From the NCBI GenBank assembly GCA_963724765.1, contig CAVRVY010000001.1, forward strand, positions 320,001 to 384,000: 64,000 bases of DNA, given 5' to 3'. The notes beneath the pieces were generated by a model, which made no database searches, was not told where the DNA came from, and saw only the letters and a program-made list of their open reading frames with translations. The DNA comes from an uncultured delta proteobacterium. GTDB taxonomy: Bacteria > Desulfobacterota > Binatia > Binatales > Binataceae. Shown piece after piece: positions 59,317 to 64,000 of this stretch. Positions within the stretch are counted from its first letter, which is position 1. Each line of letters begins with the position of its first letter. The position numbers and the translations under genes are program-made.

Positions 59317-60612
59317 ATGAAGACAGTGGCGGTGGTCGGCACCCAATGGGGTGACGAAGGCAAGGGCAAGATCGTCGACATGCTGGCGTCCGACGCCGAC
59401 GTCGTGGTGCGCTTCCAGGGCGGCAACAACGCCGCGCATACGCTCGTGGTCGACGGCGAAAAATTCGTCCTGCGCCTGATCCCGGCCGGCGCGTTGCATC
59501 CGGGCAAGGTCTGCGTGATCGGCAACGGCACCGTGGTCGATCCGATTGCGCTGGCCGAGGAGCTTGCGGCGCTGCGCGCTCGCGGACGCTTCCTGGACGA
59601 CTCGCTGCTCAAGCTCAGTTGCGACGCGCACATGGTGATGCCGTATCATCGCGCGATCGACCGCGCGCGCGAGGCGCGGGCCGGCCGCCGCGCTATCGGG
59701 ACCACCGGCTTCGGCATCGGGCCGGCATACGAGGACAAGATGGCGCGGGTGGGGCTGCGGTTCGACGAGCTCACCAACTTTGCGCGCTTTCGCGAGAAGC
59801 TCACACGCAACATCGCCGACAAGAACCTCTACCTGCGCGCCGTGCTCAAGGCCAAGACGCTCAAGGGGCCGGAGATCGTCGATCAGATGAAACGCGTGCG
59901 CTCCCGGACGCTGCCGTACCTGTGCGATACCGGCGCCTATCTGGCCGCGGCGGTCGCGGCGGGCAAACGCGTGCTGTTCGAGGGCGCGCACGGCACCATG
60001 CTCGACATCGACCACGGCACCTATCCGTTCGTTACCTCGTCCAATTGCATCGCGAGCGCGGTTTTTTCCGGCGCGCCGCTCGCTCCGGGCTGCCTCGACG
60101 CGGTGCTCGGCATCAGCAAGGCGTACACCACGCGGGTCGGCGGGGGGCCGTTTCCGTCGGAGATGAAAGGCTCGCTCGCCAACCGGCTGCGCACCGAGGG
60201 CGAGGAGTTCGGCAGCGCGACCGGGCGGCCGCGGCGGATCGGATGGTTCGACGCGGTCCTCGCGCGGCTGGCGGTGCGGCTTAACGGGATGTGGGGGCTC
60301 GCGCTCACCAAGCTCGACGTGCTGACCGGGATCGATCCGCTGCGGGTGTGCGTTGCGTATCAACTCGGCGCCAAGCGCTACGACGAGATGCCGCCCGGGC
60401 GCGGCACGCTGCAGCGCGCGCGGCCGGTGTACGAGGAGATGCCCGGATGGAGCGAAAGCTTAAGCGGCGCGCGCGCGTTGAGTGACCTGCCCCTTAATGC
60501 GCGGCGCTACCTGGAGCGAATCGAGGAACTCGCAGGCGTGCGGCTCGTGATGGTCGGGGTGGGCGCGGCGCGCGAGGCGACGATCGTGCTCAGCAATCCA
60601 TTTTTGGCGTAG
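59317..60612 (+). CDS. purA: Adenylosuccinate synthetase
   Basis: QWGDEGKGK, GTYPFVTSSN, TTRVGGGPFP and TKLDVL. Confidence 0.97.
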   Translation: MKTVAVVGTQWGDEGKGKIVDMLASDADVVVRFQGGNNAAHTLVVDGEKFVLRLIPAGALHPGKVCVIGNGTVVDPIALAEELAALRARGRFLDDSLLKLSCDAHMVMPYHRAIDRAREARAGRRAIGTTGFGIGPAYEDKMARVGLRFDELTNFARFREKLTRNIADKNLYLRAVLKAKTLKGPEIVDQMKRVRSRTLPYLCDTGAYLAAAVAAGKRVLFEGAHGTMLDIDHGTYPFVTSSNCIASAVFSGAPLAPGCLDAVLGISKAYTTRVGGGPFPSEMKGSLANRLRTEGEEFGSATGRPRRIGWFDAVLARLAVRLNGMWGLALTKLDVLTGIDPLRVCVAYQLGAKRYDEMPPGRGTLQRARPVYEEMPGWSESLSGARALSDLPLNARRYLERIEELAGVRLVMVGVGAAREATIVLSNPFLA

Positions 60613-60626
60613 CCCCGCGCGCTCGC

Positions 60627-61817
60627 TCACGCGGCGCAGACCGCGGCTAGGCTGGAGATGGCGACGCCGCGGCGGCCCTGCCGGATCTCGTTACGGTCGA
60701 AGCCGTTGGTGCAGTAGGCGAGCGAAATTCCGCTCGCCGGATCGGCCCATCCGATTTGCCCGCCCGCGCCGCCGTGGCCGAAAGCCGCCGGCGAGTTGGT
60801 CTTGCCGAAGCCGCGGAAGTTCGCCATGCCGTCGTCGCCGGCGACCACCACGCCGAGCGCGCGGTTGACCTTGTGACCGAGAAACGGATCGGTGTAATCG
60901 CCTGAGCGCGGCCGCAGCGCCTCCGAGAGCGCTTCCGGCTTCCACAGCGGCCGTCCGTCCTTGTCGCGATTGTGCATCACGCCCTGATAAAAAAGCGCGA
61001 GCTCGGCCGCGGTCATGATTCCGCCGCCGCCGGGAACGCCCGCTTCGCGCACCGCCGGCGTATTGAAGCCCAGGATCATCTCTTCGACCACTTCGGTCTC
61101 GAGCATCGGCGGGAAGCCCATCTTGCGCAACTCTTCGTTCGACAGCGCCTCGCCGAGGTAGACGAGGTCGGCGACGCGATGATTAAGCTCCGGCGCAAGT
61201 CCGAGGTACATCCCGGGCAAGCCGAGCGGCAGCGCGATACGCTCGCGCACGAACTGGCGGAAGTCGATCCCGGCGCGCCGCTCGATTATCTCGGCGATAA
61301 CCCAGAAGCCGGCGGTCGGATGGTAGACAAAGCGGCTGCCAGGTGGAAACTCCGGACGCCATCTGGCAAAGCGCTCCAGGCGTTTGGCGCGATCGTTCCA
61401 TTCGCTCTGCGCATACGGCGCGTTGGGAAAGCCGGCGGTATGCAGGAACAGTTCTTCGACCGTGATCACGTCCTTGCCGTTGCTGCCGAACTCGGGAACG
61501 ATATCCGCCACACGTTCGCGGATGTCGAGGTTGCCCTCGCCGATCAGCAGCCACGCGGCCGCCGACACTATCGCCTTGGTGCAGGAGAAGATGATGTAGA
61601 GCGTGTCGTTAGTGGCGGGACGGTCGGCGCCGCCCTGCACGGCGTGCCCGAAGGTGCGCATCGCGCCGACCTTGCCGTGGCGCGCGACCGCGATCTGGCA
61701 CGAGGGCAGCAGGCCCTCGTTGACTTCGCGCGCGGCGCGCTCGAATAGCGCGTCGACTTTTTGCGGATCGAGGCCGGCTTCGCGGGGGCTTTCAGCAAAG
61801 AACTCGTGTGCGGACAT
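60627..61817 (-). CDS. Beta-lactamase-family serine hydrolase
   Basis: FSCTK (SxxK), HTAG, PGSRFVYH and FGHGGAGG. Confidence 0.9.
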   Translation of the reverse strand: MSAHEFFAESPREAGLDPQKVDALFERAAREVNEGLLPSCQIAVARHGKVGAMRTFGHAVQGGADRPATNDTLYIIFSCTKAIVSAAAWLLIGEGNLDIRERVADIVPEFGSNGKDVITVEELFLHTAGFPNAPYAQSEWNDRAKRLERFARWRPEFPPGSRFVYHPTAGFWVIAEIIERRAGIDFRQFVRERIALPLGLPGMYLGLAPELNHRVADLVYLGEALSNEELRKMGFPPMLETEVVEEMILGFNTPAVREAGVPGGGGIMTAAELALFYQGVMHNRDKDGRPLWKPEALSEALRPRSGDYTDPFLGHKVNRALGVVVAGDDGMANFRGFGKTNSPAAFGHGGAGGQIGWADPASGISLAYCTNGFDRNEIRQGRRGVAISSLAAVCAA

Positions 61818-61978
61818 CGTGGGTTTCTCCTCGCTGGTTTCTTCTCGGCCGGAAGAGGCTTGAGTTTGAGAAATAACATATCGGTGGTGAAGCGGTCTAT
61901 TGTTGGAAGGCTTCGCGTGTTGGAAGCTTCGCGGCGGACGAAGTTGTCACGGCGCGGCTATCTCTACCGTGACAATCC

Positions 61979-62040
61979 AGTTGCATCATGCAACCAGATG
62001 ATGCTATGAACCCTTATCGTTATGGTTGCATGATGCAACT
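61979..62040. promoter_or_regulatory. Paired palindromic operators forming a perfect 18-bp inverted repeat
   Basis: AGTTGCATCATGCAACCA (61979-61996), a 26-bp spacer, then TGGTTGCATGATGCAACT (62023-62040). Confidence 0.75.
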
Positions 62041-62090
62041 AGCACAACTTACTGAAGAGCGCCGCTGACCGGCGCGCGGAGGAATAAAGC

Positions 62091-62726
62091 ATGGCCAGGG
62101 AGCTCGAATTTTTCTTCGACTATGGAAGTCCGTTCAGCTATCTCGCCGATACTCAGCTCACAGGACTGGCCGAGCGCACCGGCGCGCGTGTGGTCTACCG
62201 GCCGATGCTGCTCGGCGGGGTATTCAAGGAGACCGGCAACTCCTCGCCAATCGCAATCGAGGCCAAGCGAAAATACCTGATGGCCGACCTGGAGCGCTGG
62301 GCCAAGCACTACGGCGTGCCGGCGCTTCACAATGCGCATTTTCCGATCAACACGATACGCCTGATGCGCGGCGCGATCGCTGCCGAGCGCCTGGGCGTCT
62401 TCGGTGCGTATCATCGCGCAATCTTCGACGCGTTCTGGCGCGAGGGGCTCAACCTCGGCGACGCGGCGGTCGTGCGCGGGGTATTGGAGCGGGCGGGCCT
62501 GGACGCGGATCGAATTGCGGCGGCCTCCGAGGAGCAGGCGGTCAAGGACGCGCTCCGCGTTTCCACCGAATCGGCGGTCGCCCGCGGCGCGTTTGGTGCG
62601 CCGACGTTTTTCGTCGGCGAGCAGATGTTCTGGGGCAACGATCGCCTGATGTTCGTCGAGCAGGCGCTGGGCACGTTCGTAGCTCACAGCGCGAAGCCGC
62701 TTTCGCGCGCGTCTGCAAAGTTCTGA
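62091..62726 (+). CDS. 2-hydroxychromene-2-carboxylate isomerase / kappa-GST (DsbA family)
   Basis: FFDYGSPFSYL, PMLLGGVFK, FGAPTF and FWGNDRL. Confidence 0.9.
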   Translation: MARELEFFFDYGSPFSYLADTQLTGLAERTGARVVYRPMLLGGVFKETGNSSPIAIEAKRKYLMADLERWAKHYGVPALHNAHFPINTIRLMRGAIAAERLGVFGAYHRAIFDAFWREGLNLGDAAVVRGVLERAGLDADRIAAASEEQAVKDALRVSTESAVARGAFGAPTFFVGEQMFWGNDRLMFVEQALGTFVAHSAKPLSRASAKF

Positions 62727-62780
62727 GCGCGTCTTGATCGCGAACGCTTCCTCTCCGGTCAGGATGACCTCAAGGGTCCA

Positions 62781-63686
62781 CTAAGCCGGGTCGGGGCCTT
62801 GCGCTGCGACCCATCCGGCGCGGCCGGGCAACGTCGCACGCACGACCTCGCACACTGGCAGTTCCGCGCCACCCAGGCGCGCCGCGACCTCGTCGAGGCG
62901 GACGAACTTCGCCCCGCGCGTTTTTAACGCGCGAATGAGGTTGGTGAAGCTCTCCAGCTCGGCCATCCCTTCGGTCTCGGCGTGTACTGTATGGACGTTG
63001 AGCCGGTCGGCGCTGAACTGGGTCAAATAAAATTCCAGCACCGCGGCCGCGTCGGGCAGGTCCTCGCGTCCCATCACCTCGTCCAGCGTCGGCAGCGTGG
63101 TTGGAATCTCGGGGGTGCTGAGGACTTCGCCCTCGACACGGCATCGAAACGGCGTCCTGCCGCGGGTGTCGCTGCGATAGCTGAGTTCCATCGAGTCGAG
63201 CAGCCTGAGCGCGATCGCGTTGGTGCGCCACCCGGGGGCCGCGAAGCCGCGTGCTCTTTCGCGGAAGATCGCGCGGTAGGCCTCGAACGCCTCGCCCAGT
63301 TCGGCGCGGATTCCTGCCTCGCCGAGTTTGTCGATTCCGTCCTGCCATCGCACATGGTCCCAGCCGTGCACGCCAACCTCGAAGCCCGCGCGCTTGAGTC
63401 CGCGCACGACGTCGGGGAGCGCAAGCGCGATCGGCCGCGCCGGCAGCAGCGTGCCGGAGAGCACCGTGCGCAGGCCGTACATCCTGACCGCCTTCGTGCG
63501 GCGCATCTTTTTCAGGAAGCCGGGATTGCGCAGCACGCGCACCACCGCGCGGCCCGAGTTGTCCGGCCCCATCGCGATATAAAAGCTCGCCGCGACGCCC
63601 TCGGCCGCGAGCATCCGCGCCAGACGCGGCACGCCGGCCTCGAGTCCCTGATGCGTGTCGACGTCAATTTTGAGTGCGACTTCCAA
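62781..63686 (-). CDS. Polysaccharide deacetylase, ArnD-like deformylase
   Basis: LKIDVDT..G...GVP, GPDNSGR, HGWDHVRWQD, AAPGW, PTTLPTLDE and HAETEG. Confidence 0.85.
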   Translation of the reverse strand: MEVALKIDVDTHQGLEAGVPRLARMLAAEGVAASFYIAMGPDNSGRAVVRVLRNPGFLKKMRRTKAVRMYGLRTVLSGTLLPARPIALALPDVVRGLKRAGFEVGVHGWDHVRWQDGIDKLGEAGIRAELGEAFEAYRAIFRERARGFAAPGWRTNAIALRLLDSMELSYRSDTRGRTPFRCRVEGEVLSTPEIPTTLPTLDEVMGREDLPDAAAVLEFYLTQFSADRLNVHTVHAETEGMAELESFTNLIRALKTRGAKFVRLDEVAARLGGAELPVCEVVRATLPGRAGWVAAQGPDPA

Positions 63687-64000
63687 ACCGTCCCCCGAGT
63701 GCTTCGATTATGCGCTCCATCTGGATGCCCCGCGAACCTTTGACCAGCACGACGTCGCCCTCCCGCACGAGCGCGCACACGAGGTCCGCGGCGGCGGCGC
63801 TGTCGGGCGCGGTGAGCACGCCAGCGCGGCCGGCAATGCCGGCTGCGCCGGCGGCGGTTGTCATCTCGGGACCCACGGCGATGAAGGCCGCGGGCGCAAG
63901 CCGCATTACGTCGGCAACAACTTCGGCATGCATCGCGGGCGCGAGTGTGCCCAGCTCCAGCATGTCGCCGAGCGCGACGACCAGGCGCGCGCCCGGCGCC
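63664..64000 (-). CDS. murF: UDP-MurNAc-tripeptide--D-Ala-D-Ala ligase, C-terminal part (5' end outside window)
   Basis: VALGDMLELG and GDVVLVKGSRG..ME. Confidence 0.9.
   Translation of the reverse strand, partial: APGARLVVALGDMLELGTLAPAMHAEVVADVMRLAPAAFIAVGPEMTTAAGAAGIAGRAGVLTAPDSAAAADLVCALVREGDVVLVKGSRGIQMERIIEALGGRFGSRTQN

Noticed and set aside
1-64000. tRNA, rRNA, IS elements, integrases or phage-defence genes
   Set aside because: No recognisable signatures were found by eye; short or divergent RNAs could have been missed.

Overview
A GC-rich bacterial chromosomal segment of about 55 genes. The gene style suggests an uncultured soil lineage such as Candidatus Binatota, but that is inference only. 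From left to right it holds: the 3' end of an arylsulfatase cluster with a Tat flavin oxidase and a FadL channel; a low-GC secreted beta-helix gene; a divergent sulfate-assimilation locus (sir-cysH-unknown-cysG opposite lipoprotein-frameshifted porin-sbp-cysTWA); a sigma54 signalling and low-oxygen-type block (receiver-less enhancer-binding protein, PAS kinase, stand-alone REC, CBS/CoA-transferase/Hsp20/BCAM0308, mgtA); msrA; a phycobiliprotein-like globin fused to a CarH-type B12 domain and coupled to a histidine kinase; hydrolases; a repeat-flanked hybrid-kinase islet with a coding tandem repeat; an HMGS-like/DUF35 plus thiolase pair; and core genes (leuS, serA, purA, murF). I saw no tRNA, rRNA, CRISPR array, transposase or integrase. 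The best candidate for a new system is the B12/globin sensor-kinase operon with a truncated monooxygenase-like gene behind it. All family calls come from motif recognition by eye; no database search was run.
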